64,000 nucleotides of DNA from an uncultured Nitrososphaeraceae archaeon (lineage in GTDB: Archaea > Thermoproteota > Nitrososphaeria > Nitrososphaerales > Nitrososphaeraceae), in assembly GCA_963825865.1 (NCBI GenBank), contig CAWGVG010000013.1, positions 1-64,000 on the forward strand. Direction: 5' to 3'. Numbering within the stretch: position 1 is the stretch's first letter; each line of letters opens with the position of its first letter. Below the pieces are notes generated by a model. That model made no database searches. It was not told where the DNA came from and saw nothing but the letters and a program-made list of their open reading frames with translations. Shown here piece by piece: positions 35,716-48,019 of this stretch. The translations under genes and the position numbers were made by a program.

Positions 35716-36509
35716 TAATTGCCAATTTGGTCATTCTCATGTTCATTAGGAGTCTGTACAGGGTTACTTTCTTATAAAAGCGAATTAACATAATTAAGCG
35801 AAGTATAGACAGCAACAAAAATATGTAAATCTAACAAGGAGAAAATATCATACTTTTACCATGCTGTAATCATGACTGATCAAGATACACTAGAAGATCT
35901 GATAGTAATTAATACGAAAAAATAGTAACCGGCTGATTAAAGAAATCATCATCATTATGTATCAATAGACGACCGCTAGTACATATAAAGTTGGAGGCGC
36001 ACACAATCCAAGCTGTCCAGCAGGCCATTCATTTACATATTGTCTTGGATACCATGCGGGATATGATTGGCAATGGGCACAGTTGAAAATCAGTAGTTGG
36101 TGGCAGCAGTCTAACTCTAGTAAATAAAGCTTAATTTCCACTCATTCTAGCATGTATCACATCAAAACCTCATACAAGATAGATTTCTATTATATTTTGA
36201 ATACATGGTTGTCGTTTTTCTTCCCCTTTGTTGTGAAGCTGTATTTAGCACATATTTTCAATGAAATTTATATTTATGAAATTCTATCTTTCTAGAATCT
36301 ATTTACTTCTGCATTCTATAGCTCTAAAGAGTCCTTGATTAATTCATACGGAGGCCTTGTCTGTCTTTGGATAAATATTACTACATTTAGTACAAGAAGC
36401 GTAAAGCCATCCAGAAGAATCTTTTGTTTGTAAGTTACCATGAAGTGTAGTTATCATGGCAACTAATGTAGAAATATCTTCTTTAGTTAGAACTTCTATG
36501 CCATATATT

Positions 36510-37061
36510 TTATCCTTGATACCCTCTTCTCTCATAGTCTGTTATTCCCCAATAATGAGCTTGGAAGAATTTGTCAAATAGAACACATTGGTTATTATCA
36601 ATTCTAAAGAAATATACACTAAATTTGTTTGTGATTTTGACCTGCTCATAATCATCTTTTTTGATTAGCTTTTGATCAATCAAAAGTATATGAAATATTT
36701 TTCCGTTAAAAATAACAAGTTTTGGTTTAGGTCTGGTTAACTTTGTCTTAATATGATCTAAATTGATCTGCAATCTATTCTGTATATAATTTATCTGTTC
36801 TTTATTGCAGGGATTTGGAAATACAATACCCTCTGAATGATAGGGTACCAATTCTAAGTTTATGGTATGTAAATCAAAGAATTGCCATAAATTAACTGCC
36901 GTAGCCAAATGAAATAAATCTGAAATAGTATCAACTTTTTTTCCATATTCTGCTGGTTGTTTTATGTAAAGATAGTAATCTACTTTCATTTCTTCTTCCA
37001 AGACTTTCTTACTATTGGTAATAGTAGTAGTAAGGGAAAGATAGTCGTCTAAAGAAGACAT
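36510..37061 (-). CDS. Hypothetical protein, weakly UDG-like fold
   Basis: INLELVPYHS and PKLVIFNGK; C-terminus frameshifted. Confidence 0.4.
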   Translation of the reverse strand: MSSLDDYLSLTTTITNSKKVLEEEMKVDYYLYIKQPAEYGKKVDTISDLFHLATAVNLWQFFDLHTINLELVPYHSEGIVFPNPCNKEQINYIQNRLQINLDHIKTKLTRPKPKLVIFNGKIFHILLIDQKLIKKDDYEQVKITNKFSVYFFRIDNNQCVLFDKFFQAHYWGITDYERRGYQG

Positions 37062-37372
37062 TCCATCCTATCTGGCTTGTTCTACTGTTTAAAAGATTAT
37101 TGGGTTTATTTGAACCGTTTCTATTTGTTTAGCCGGTACTGTTTCAGTTGGCTATCATTAATGCTTTTGCATGATGGTCCAGTAACTTTTGTTTTTGCTC
37201 TTCTGTAAATCTTTTATCAATGTCTTCTTTATGATAAATGCAAAATGCTTTTAATTTCATACCATCAATTTTTGATGGCAGGGATAATTCATATTCAACA
37301 AGCTTGTCTGCTGTTTTACTATGGTGGTAATGATAAAATGAACCTAAATCAGCAAATACAGAAACTCCATTC

Positions 37373-37805
37373 TTACCCGGTACTTTCAGCCTTTTTAACT
37401 AATTGTTTAACAAATTCCGTTAAATCAGTATTATTATAATTATTATCTGAACCAAAATATCCTTTTACAGAATCCATAATTATGAGAGAACCTTCCTTCT
37501 CGTGTTTTCCTACATCAATAATGTTGTTGCTTCTGGTGTTATTAGCATCAGCATCCTTTACTGCTACATTGTCAAAACCCCTCAGACAAAGTCTTTCTAA
37601 CCTTATTGGAAGCCTCATAATACGGAAGGAGAAGAACAATTTCATTATTGTCTTCTAATTGGGTTTTGACATACCTTGAATAAGTATGTCTTAACATTTC
37701 TATATTCGGATAGACAAGAATGTAATGAGTGCCATATTCTGCTTTATTGAGATGCTCTAAAATCTCATTATTAGATCCAGTTGGCATTGTAGTGTGCCAA
37801 TTCAA
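37373..37805 (-). pseudogene. MEDS-domain-like sensory protein, frameshifted and truncated
   Basis: HYILVYPNIEMLRHTYS..LLLPYYE..GSLIIMDS. Confidence 0.65.
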
Positions 37806-37819
37806 ATCTTCTTTTGCAT

Positions 37820-38075
37820 TTAATTAGGATATTTTTCCATTATTAGATTTTTTAACTTTCTTATAGAAAATGGCTTTTGAAGAAATGTATCTATTATCTT
37901 AATATCTGGTAAAACCTTTGAGAGCTCCATATCATTAATCTCAAAAGCACTCATTAGTATTATCTTAACTTCTGGTTTGATTTTTTTTACTTTTATTGCA
38001 AATTCATAACCGTTCAAGCCGGGCATTCTAATATCAGAAACAACTAGGCTGCAAATTCTGAAATTTACCTTGAAA
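37820..38075 (-). pseudogene. Response regulator receiver, N-terminus missing
   Basis: LVVSDIRMPGLNGYEF..KIILMSAFE..FLQKP; acidic N-terminal motif absent. Confidence 0.8.
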
Positions 38076-41000
38076 GCAAACCTTAATATACAAACCTTCA
38101 AAGAATTTAGGGCATATAGGCCATTAAAGGATGTTATCAATGAGAATCTTACTTATTATACAAGTCGTCTCCTAAATTTTACAATTACAGGCTATAAAAA
38201 TTATTATAAAGATGATAATGAATTTTCAAGAATAAATTATACCTATTCAGATGGAAAAAATACCTTTAACGTAACAGATCTTTGGACAAAAACGCCCGAT
38301 ACAATCTATCGCATTACCTACCAAGCAGATCCATCAAATTATTATACATATTGGCAAGCTATACAAAAAATGATTGATTCCTTTAAAAGCATAGATTCCG
38401 TACCATATGAAAATTTTGATTTAGGAATAAGGATCAAATATCCTTCTACATGGAACAAGACGGAAGATACAAAAGAATCTCATTCATTTTCTCCGCTACA
38501 GAGAGAGTTTATCAAGCTCTCGATATTTAAGTCTAAAATGAATAAGAATACTTTGCTTTCTGAAATAGTTAACCAAACAATTAATGATTATAGAATAGAC
38601 AGCTCTAAATATCCTGATTTTCGTTTTATTGGATCTGATCATCTGATTGTAGATAATAATCCATCCTCTATGCTTAACTATTCATATCGTGATCCCTACG
38701 ATATGAATAGCATAATAAACAATACAGAAAGTATAATACTACAAAATGGCAAAATATATCATATTCTATATTCTGCACCAGAAATAGATTATTCAAAATA
38801 TTTGGCTACTATAAATAAGATAATTGAGACAATGAAGATATTTGATATAGTGAGATATGAAAAGGTATTTGATAAGAATTCAGGAGTGATATTAAAATAT
38901 CCTGATGAAGATACTTGGAAACTGAACGAAACCTCCAACAAAAAAGAGTAAACTTCATGGAAGAAAATCCTTCCTCTCGCGCTGATGTCCGCCAGTTAAC
39001 ATTGTCTGTTATTCCCTATAAAAAAGATCTGGAAACATTAGGTCAAGAATTAAAAAATACTGTCTCTAGACAAAATAAATCCGATTTCAGATATAATACT
39101 AGTAAAACTTCAATTAATTCTACCCTTGGTAATTCTATCGATGCCACGAGGACGGTATTTAGCTACGTTGATCATGCTCTTAACAGTGGCATAAAAGGAC
39201 TTCAGATTTCTGCAGTAGCGAACAATAATACTGCCTATATAATCAACTTTACTGCTGCCTCCGATAGTTACAATGATTATTTACCGACAATAGAAGAAAT
39301 AATTAATTCAATTAAGATAGTCGACTATATTCCACATGATAGTTATAAGCGCAGCCCTTCAAGCGCCCTTGGAGTAAGTCTGGAGTATCCACAGAGTTGG
39401 AAAAACAGTAGCGGAAATGTAGGGTTCACTATTTACTCAAATAACAGTGGAAGACTAGGGATTTCTAACTCTTCTACTGATTTTCTTGTTACAATCAGTG
39501 CTTCTGCTGCTGGTAATGATCCTATGGAAACAACCGTTGGGTCGACTATTAATACTCTTAAAGGTAACCTGACAGATTATCAACTCATTGAACTAGCCAA
39601 AGTTTCAATTGCAGGTCATCCTGCTTATCAAGAAACGTCCACTTATAGACCAGTTCCATCCTCTGATGAGAAATTTAAGATCATTGCCCTTTATACGACT
39701 AACGGCAAGAACTTTTTTACCATTACTTTTACTACAGAACTAGATAAATTGAGTTATTTGCCTACTATCCAAAACATGACTAAATCAATCAACTTCATGG
39801 AAAAAGAAAGTATAAATATTAAAGAAAATCGATCAGGACTGACGATGGCTGGGCCTCCAGTTGATCTTTCTATTAATCCAGTCACAAACAAATTGTATGT
39901 TGCTGTTCCTAGCGCAGGTCAACTCTATGTGATAAATGGATCTAGTGACAAGATACTAAATAACATTACCTTAGGAGGATATCCTAATGCTGTATCTATA
40001 GACTCTATTACCAATACAGTATATGTAACGAGTCCTGAGAATGACGTACTCTATGTTATAGATGGTTTTACTGATAAGGTAGTGGACCAAGTACAATTAG
40101 GACGGTTGATCGCTAATATGGCTATTGATACAGATGAATTTGGTGGCTTTGCGTCTATTGTGTTTGTAGCTAATACTGGCAGTAACAAGATTTCCGTAAT
40201 AGATGGTGCTACAAATAGACCAGTTGAAAATATCACGACTCCTACGCCCTATGAAATCGGTATAAATCCTGTTTCTAACAGGTTATACGTTACAGATCAG
40301 ACCAAGACGGTATCTGTTATTGATTATTATACAAGTGTCAATCACACTATGAACGCAAAGTTAGTAAAAACGATAGAAGTCGGACTTTTTCCAACAGGTG
40401 TAGTAACGGATCCTACTACGAACAGAATATATGTAGCCAATAGTGGGGAGAAGAAAATATCTGTCATCGATGGAAATACAAACAGTGTAGTTAGGAATGT
40501 TACAATTGGACCCTTCCCGTCCTCATTAGCCTATAATCCTACCAATTCTATGATATACGTAGCTACATCGGGCAATAATACCATTTCATTAATAAAGCTG
40601 GATGAGCAAAAGTTATCAGAACAAAGACTCCCAGATATTGTTTTAGATAGTGTCCCTTATGATGTAGCCATAAATCCCAAGACAAACTTGTTATATTCAG
40701 CGAATTTTGGATCCAATAGTACTTCAGTAATAAATGGCAAAACAAATAATGTAACTTCTGTATTGACATTCAACATTTTTCCCCCTGATTCAGGCCAAAT
40801 TGAGTGTAATAAAAAGAAGCTGCCTACAAATACTTCTTTAAGGATTGACAATTACAGTCAATGCCAAGCTATTGCTAATCAGGGATTTAATTTTAATTAT
40901 TGGTCAAAGAATTCACCATCGAATTCAAACATTGATATTCTCTCGGCATTTAGAAATCTGTTTTTCGGTTCATCGAATCCCAACAACTCGACCTTTAGGG

Positions 41001-41395
41001 TCAATCAATCTAGTATATATACAGCCAATTTTGTGTCTTTACCTTTGATCATACAGGAGGCAAGTTCTTTCATTAGTATTATAGGGCTTTTTACAGTTAT
41101 ATTATTAGCTTCTGTAAAACCAATAGTAAATAGAAAAGGGAAGACCAGTACACGAATTTCAAAAGCTCAGGTTCTTTCAAGAGGTGAAGAAACTGAAGAA
41201 AAAACGGAAGAAAAAGAATCCGTAGAAAAAGGAGAAATTATTACAATTGATGCTACGGTAATTATAGGAGTCTTAATTTTTCTTACCTTTTCTGAAGGAT
41301 TTGACCCCAGCGAAAAAACTCAAATACACATCATTACTACAAGTATAGTATTTCCATTTGCAATTTCTGCAATAATAGGCAGCATTGGGATCTAG
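38070..41395 (+). CDS. Large surface protein: several PsbP-like domains, YVTN/YncE beta-propeller, B-repeat-like domain and C-terminal TM helices (frameshift ~38945, 5' truncated)
   Basis: Repeated GIRIKYPSTW / GVILKYP / GVSLEYPQSW units; NPxTNxxYV..VIDG propeller blades; ANQGFNFNYW; terminal hydrophobic helices. Confidence 0.85.
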
Positions 41396-41500
41396 GAAAT
41401 TCTCAATAAACCTTATGATAGCAGGATTTGTAAATCTAATGATATCCGTCATTCTAATAGCAATTATGTCTCTCTCTTAGTAGGACATTTATTAATGTGA

Positions 41501-42205
41501 GTGAAAGTTGTGCTCAAAGAGCACCAATATAAGCAAGTGCTAAGAAGAAGAAGATTTATCAAAAGAAGCAGTTGTAGGAAGAAACTCGAAAAGATACGGG
41601 TAAAACAGTATCTGAAATGGCATGTCACAGCTATACTTGATCATCTCAAAATGCTCAGTGCACGACTTGACAGTAGGAAAACACACGATTCTCCAGTACT
41701 TCGAACAATGTTCAATAGGTTGATTAGAAATAGACTGCAAGCAAACAGGTCCAATTATATATGTAAACAAGAATATAATCAAGCATTTCCTTCACACACA
41801 CGCTTCTTTGGAAAAATTGGAAAACAATTGGAAGACCTTACCTATGTTGAAGTATTAACTATGGGTTGTGAGAATTCTAAATTAAAGTTAACTCCTCAAA
41901 CTCCTGAAATCGATGATGCTATAAAATCGGTAGGTGAAATTTCTGTTTTAGCAAGGACAAAGATTGAACTTGATGGGGATATAGCAGTACTTCTTCCATT
42001 ACAAAATAATGAAGTTAAAATCAACAACGAGATCATGGATATTCATAGAGAAAACGTAAAGGTTGCAATAGATAATTGGAACAATTTTATGAAAACCACA
42101 TTAGAGGCAGCAAAAACTATTGCAGACATAGCAGGCCTTAAGGATGTAAGCAAGGCTTTTGATAGTTTTGTATTTAAAGAAACTGCTGCTGCTCCAGAAG
42201 AGTGA
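41501..42205 (+). CDS. Unknown 'IELDGD' domain protein A1 (soluble, basic N-terminal extension)
   Basis: LEDLTYVEVLT...VLARTKIELDGDIAVLLP...IHRENVKVAIDNW. Confidence 0.75.
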   Translation: MKVVLKEHQYKQVLRRRRFIKRSSCRKKLEKIRVKQYLKWHVTAILDHLKMLSARLDSRKTHDSPVLRTMFNRLIRNRLQANRSNYICKQEYNQAFPSHTRFFGKIGKQLEDLTYVEVLTMGCENSKLKLTPQTPEIDDAIKSVGEISVLARTKIELDGDIAVLLPLQNNEVKINNEIMDIHRENVKVAIDNWNNFMKTTLEAAKTIADIAGLKDVSKAFDSFVFKETAAAPEE

Positions 42206-42216
42206 TATTTTAGATA

Positions 42217-43123
42217 TTGCCTTTATCTCCTAAAGTTTTTTTGTCCTCAAAATTAGTAACAACAACATTACAAGCTGAAAAATTCATTGAAACTAGTGAC
42301 CTGAGTACTATCAATGTAGATAGTGGATCAGGATTGCTAATGAAGGTAGTTATGAAAAGAAATAGAAAAAGAGATTATTTGGCGCATATGAATTTTTTTA
42401 TTGACAATGTTAATACTGATATTTCAGACATGCCTTATTATGATAGTGATAATGACGTTCTCTCTTCTTTAGTTGAGAAATATAGAACATGTATTGAAAG
42501 GTTAGTTGTTGACAGTCAGAAAAATAGATACACTAGTAGAAGCAAATGGAATGACACCATCATTAGAAAGGTATCTATAAAACACATAAAACGATTCATA
42601 ATAGATAGACTAGATATACTTGAAGATTTGCAATCGATCAATGTATGTACCTCTAAATTCCAAAGATGAAATTATTGCAATAACCAAAATAGAACTTGAT
42701 GCAGATGTGATGACAATAATACCATCACGATCAAAACTTGACAATAAGTTAGGAAGGATCGTTCTTCTCCTACATAGTTATAATGTCACTTATGCAAACC
42801 AATTGTTTAATCATCAAATAAAAACACTACAATATAATCTTACGACTTTACGTAATTTAGTAAAAGTATTATCAATGCCTGTTGCCCTAATATTATATCA
42901 ATTACATCCACCATCTACAATATCTGTCTTTTCAATTCTGCTCTCCAGTTTTGGCATTCACTTTGCAATGCCTGCTCTAATTGTATTTTTACAACCATTT
43001 ATTACTCCTGTAATTCTATCGGCTATTTTGCATAGATATCGTACACATATTTTCTTTAAGCTTATGCCTAAAATCATTGTTACTCTGATGAAAAGATATC
43101 TTTATGTTGATAAAGGTAAATGA
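42217..43123 (+). CDS. Unknown 'IELDAD' domain membrane protein B1 (frameshift ~42650)
   Basis: IAITKIELDADVMTIIP...LHSYNVTYA followed by hydrophobic helices. Confidence 0.7.
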
Positions 43124-43585
43124 ATTTTGTATGTTTATACACATCCCTTTGCCTTGATCGATGTAATATTATAATCGTTACATTATACGAACGTTTTGGT
43201 CATTACTGATCGTACTATAATACATGACTATATATTAATATAGACTATGGCAGGTACTGAGCCAAACTCCTGGCTTGAATCTATTCCGTATACTCAAGTA
43301 ATCTGTTCTGTAAACATATCTATACATCAGCGTAAAAAATCTGGATGTAAACTAGTGACATATTCGACCGGCACCGTACCAATTCGTAGATACAGGATAA
43401 ACCATCCGGTCTAAAAAAAGGACATGATGGCTTGTTGTTAACTCATTATTATGCCACTACTGCTGTTAGCATATTCTGAATAGTGTTATCATTGATTAGT
43501 AACCATAACAATCCTAAGAAGCGTATGTAGGTATTTAACAGAGATAATTTATGCACTTACTTTAACAATGCAAAAGACCGTTGAC

Positions 43586-44360
43586 TATATGTGTAACTCT
43601 TTTCGTATAGTACGTAGGAAAATTCTGCCGATCAAATTAGGTAAAAATCTCATCAAAATATAAGGTACACCTATAAGATCTAAGATAAGGAGAATTAGTA
43701 TATACCATGAGTATTAATATGGTGAATTGCGTTAATATAAGTATCTGATAGTGCGTACAAGCTCTTTGAGTACCAGATTGATATGACAAATATCCTCGCT
43801 ATATTTATTAAATTGATAATTGAAGAGAAAAGACTGTAGAGGCGGAATCTAAATAAATTATTAGCAAGATTTACGTTTAAGCTATGCAAGACCAAAAGAT
43901 GATTTACTGTACCAATTTTTAAAAAATCAGGTCTTAATATTGTTAAAATATCTGCATCAAGCTCAATCCTAGTTCTGGCAAAAACAATCTCTCGATATCC
44001 ATCTTCTGTATCTACATTTAATACATGCGCAGTCTGAAAAATACTTCTAGCTATTTTCCTTATATTTGTCATGCTTTTGATTATGCTATTTATTTGTTTA
44101 GAGATATCTTTTTTAGGTCTGTAATCGGTGCTCTTGCCTAGATTATTAACTAAATTACAATACTCATTTTTCAAAAGTAAAACCCATTTTTCATCAATTT
44201 TAGTTATATTAGTCCTATCGCCTTTATAATAGAAGTCTATGCGTGTAAGGTAAGTATTGTTAACGTCTACTTTCATATTGATGGTCATTTTAAGATCTCC
44301 TGCAGTATATACGCTTATGTACACACTTGTATAATCATCTGAAATATCTATAGTTGTCAA
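43586..44360 (-). CDS. Unknown 'IELDAD' domain membrane protein B2 (C-terminal frameshift ~43700)
   Basis: VFARTRIELDADILTILRP...LHSLNVNLA; tail ILLILDLIGVPYILMRFLPNLIGRIF in the next frame. Confidence 0.7.
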
Positions 44361-44412
44361 GCGATTCCATCAATTTGCTGTTATCATGAAATAGTTTAAA
44401 CTTAGGTGCTAT

Positions 44413-44850
44413 CTATGATCCTTTTATGGGAATAATATCCTTAGTTAACTGACTGATATTCGGAGATGTTCCCCTTGCAATACTTACCAATATATCAAGT
44501 GCCTTTAGCATATTCTGAACAAAACTATTCCAATTTGCAACTGCAACATCTACATTCTGCTTATGTATATTCAAAATGTCGTTATTTATGGTTAAACTAC
44601 CGTCCGCAGATGTAGGCAGTAACATACCTATGTCACCATCCAACTCTATTCTAGTTCTAGCCAAGGCATGTACATTAGCTAAGCTTCTCAATGCTGCCAC
44701 TATATCACGGGCATCATTATTAGGGTCAATCTCGCTCTTTGGATCTCCTGCAGCCGTAACTATTTCAATGTATGAAAGATCGTTAAGCTCCCTTTTCATA
44801 GTATCCGTAAATTTTTCCCAAATACTTTTTTCTGTTGTCTCTCCTGACAT
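44413..44850 (-). CDS. Unknown 'IELDGD' domain protein A2 (soluble)
   Basis: LNDLSYIEIVT...ALARTRIELDGDIGMLLP...IHKQNVDVAVANW. Confidence 0.8.
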   Translation of the reverse strand: MSGETTEKSIWEKFTDTMKRELNDLSYIEIVTAAGDPKSEIDPNNDARDIVAALRSLANVHALARTRIELDGDIGMLLPTSADGSLTINNDILNIHKQNVDVAVANWNSFVQNMLKALDILVSIARGTSPNISQLTKDIIPIKGS

Positions 44851-45081
44851 AATAGACGATAATGGTTATTCTTAAAAAGCATATTGGTAGCATAAGAAAG
44901 GGAAATACAGGATCAACATTTGAAACAGTTAGTGGTACAAAGATGTTATCAATTTATCGGCCAATTCAATTAGGTAATCGTATAGTAATATTATTACTAT
45001 TAGGTAATCGCTTCTGGGGAGTAATTTTAATAAAACCAGCTATCTGATAAGTCAAAATAGGGATAAAAAAGATACAAGGCA

Positions 45082-45315
45082 TTGTCTTTGGCTAAAGAGT
45101 GTTATTCTATGAAGCTTGAACTATTAACTAATGCTACGGTAGTTGATGATGCTATTAGGTTTGTATCTCAGAAATCTAAAGAGAAAGTAAAATCATCACT
45201 TAGTAATAGTAATGAAGATAGCAAAGAATTAAACGAGCCCGATTACGATGAAGATGAAGATCAGCTAGAAGAGGAAGAGCTGACTACCGAGATGACAGTA
45301 AATAGAGTTTTCTGA
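45082..45315 (+). pseudogene. C-terminal part of 'ALSLAKECYSMKLELLTNATVVDDA' mobile-element-associated protein
   Basis: Paralogous remnants at 2921-3025 and 31841-31910; acidic tail. Confidence 0.6.
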
Positions 45316-45372
45316 AGAGATTTAGACATCCATATAGTGAAATCCTTTCACTAGTATGCGCTTTCGCATCCA

Positions 45373-45570
45373 GTGGCTTTCAAAAATAGATACCACAAAC
45401 GCAGCAATGCTGAATCAACCAACTCCGCATTCAAAAGAAAGTTTGGTGATATCCTCGCTAGCAGAAAATGGAATATGCAGAAAATAGAAACAGGAATAAG
45501 AGTTGTAATTTATAATATTAGGCTACTCATAAGATACAGAATCAGAACAGAGATGGAGTTACTGGACTAA
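45373..45570 (+). pseudogene. DDE transposase C-terminal fragment (IS5-like)
   Basis: YHKRSNAESTNSAFKRKFG (Y-x2-R-x3-E-x6-K) and VVIYN. Confidence 0.75.
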
Positions 45571-45996
45571 GCCGATCGTTGTTGTAAGTTCTTAACCAAA
45601 TCAAATGATAATATAGATCCGTCAGAAGCAAAATGAAGAGCTTATGCAATGTGGATCTATTGGACTGTGACAGCTAAAGTGAGGAAAAGCCATAAAGTTG
45701 GTGGCGGTAAAGCTGCAAAATTAAAAATAAAAGTTCTTCTTATTATTTTTGATTTTCTATTTCATTTTGTTGTAATGTTTAAACACTTTCAAAAGATATT
45801 CAATTGATGGTCTGATCGATCCTCAATCCTTATGTGTGGAGAATCTGATGCTGTGTCTATGGTGCCAATAATATGAATAAAGAACGTGGATTGTAATAGG
45901 CGTAGCAGTAGTTTAGTTCCTTATAAAAAATCAAATGATAAAATAATTAACAAAAATAAGTATGAAGGCTCATGATTAATTTCGTATAAAAAGCAA

Positions 45997-46715
45997 ATGC
46001 CTAGTGAACAAAATATACGCTCAATATGTACAGATCCTTCTGTATTGCTATCTTATGATCATCTTGATGAGATGATGAGAATCTTACAGATAATTAAAAC
46101 TGATAATAGATTACCTACTTTAGAGGTCGTGATTCCTACTTCATTGTATGATGACCTCATTTACATTATAGAAAATCGAAATTCTTCACCTCCTCCTTCT
46201 ATTGTAGAAATATGTGCAACATGGCTGTCCATTCAAAATGATCAAGACGCGATTGAATATGCGAGAAGTCTATCTCGTAGTGATGAATTTGTTAATCTCT
46301 TCAGACGATTCGTCAACGAGTTTGCGCCAAGAAGAGCAACAGAATTAGTTGAAGATACAGAGAAGGTAGGGCAAGAATCTTTTTTTAAAAAAATCTTTGT
46401 AGAGAAATTAGGAGGACTGGCAAAGCCATTTTCGAAATGTCAGCAGTATCGGAGAAGTTTAAATCAAAGATAATAGCATTCAAGGATAAAACAATTTCTT
46501 TATTAAAGCAAGTCGGAGTCAAAGTAATAGAAGGGTATTCAGCTTATAAACAGTCAGTAAAACAACGTCAAGGTATCCGTTCTTTTCTAAAGATCGTCTC
46601 TTTTGTATCTAGCCTGGTTTTCAACCAAGTTGTGAATGCGTTGCAAATAACCATTCCATTTGCAATTCCACCTCAAGATATTATAAAAGGAATACTTGTT
46701 GTGGCAGATGGTTAG
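45997..46715 (+). CDS. Hypothetical protein, possibly PIN-like (frameshift ~46415)
   Basis: ICTDPSVLL and VVIPTSLY; two overlapping ORFs. Confidence 0.5.
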
Positions 46716-46718
46716 CGA

Positions 46719-46779
46719 ACGTGATAAAAACAAAGGCACTCTCGCCGACGAATCGCTGTGCCATGGCGAGGCCTATGCC
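46719..46779 (-). pseudogene. Tiny SDR fragment
   Basis: GIGLAMAQRFVGESAFVFIT. Confidence 0.55.
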
Positions 46780-46949
46780 TCATGGTATGGTTCGGATATT
46801 AACGCAGTTCCTAAATTCATATTATCAGAATTATCATTATGGATGGATGGAAGGATTGTTTTATTCTACTAATTATCTGTTTGTATCTTCCATCGTTGTA
46901 AGTTTTTATCATAGATAATAATGAGGACAGGATAAAAAATTCGTAGACA

Positions 46950-47911
46950 TAGTTTGCAAATATGAGCCTATCGGACTTGGATTTCGAGAGTTACAAAGAA
47001 AGACTGGCTTAAGTAATGATGGCACTACTTCACGACTTAAACGTCTAGTTGAATTTGGGATCTTGGAAAAAGATATGCTTGGATGCTATCACATAACTAA
47101 GAAAACAAAGGCCAAATACGAAAATGGAACTTTGGTCATGCCTTCTGATATAAGGAGTGAAAAGCATAAGGATAAAAAAGCAAGACGTGACAATGCATAC
47201 ACAATATTAGTATCCAAAGCAGCAGATGGGGATTATCGTTACAGACCTACATTAAAATCCCAATACGGTAATTCGTCCATGACTGATGTTAAGACAGGTA
47301 AGGATGTAAGTTATTCTGGTTATCATATTCCAGGAGTTGGACTATCAGACTTTAAAAAAATTGAAGGTCCTGCAACGTTGGATAAGGATTGGATACTCAA
47401 TACAATGATAATAATAATTTTTCAACCGAGTTATGGAGAGAACCGCGGTACATTATTGCAGAATCCCTTATTACAGGAGTTCATTATAACATGCTGGACC
47501 ATTCTAGGTTTTGTCCTTTTTAGAATGAATGAAACATATGTGTATAAACGATGGCCTAAGCACCGAGTGAGAACCGGTAACGGAAAGAAGTCATCATATG
47601 TCTATCACTTGTATATGAAGTGGTATAAACGATTATTTGGAACGTACAGATTTACCCAGCATAATTTCTCACAGCTTTTAGCAAGAAAAAGGAATTTCGA
47701 AGAATTGGATAAAAGCACCCAAAAAGAGGAACTTGCAAATGCAGATGATTTGATAAGCTTATATGATAATGGAATAAAGGAAAATTATAAGATCATTATG
47801 GATAACAAATATGCAGCAATACATGATAAATACAAAGATGTGGTGACAGCACTACTGGATATAGTATATCCAATGTTTCTAAGGGAACTACATGAGCAAC
47901 ATAAAATTTAA
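46950..47911 (+). CDS. Hypothetical protein with N-terminal winged-HTH-like segment (start approximate)
   Basis: IGLGFRELQRKTGLSNDGTTSRLKRLVEFGILEK upstream of and in frame with the called ORF. Confidence 0.55.
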
Positions 47912-48019
47912 TGCTGATAAACTACCCATTTTATTCTGATTTATTAGTCGTATGTAAGATACATAATTTATCTATCTTGTAACATATCTAAAGCCTAACG
48001 ACATGGGATAATATTGGCA

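Noticed and set aside
44576-44875. Antisense ORFs over real genes (also 10688, 40051, 56806, 61215 and others)
   Set aside because: Shadows of well-supported genes on the opposite strand
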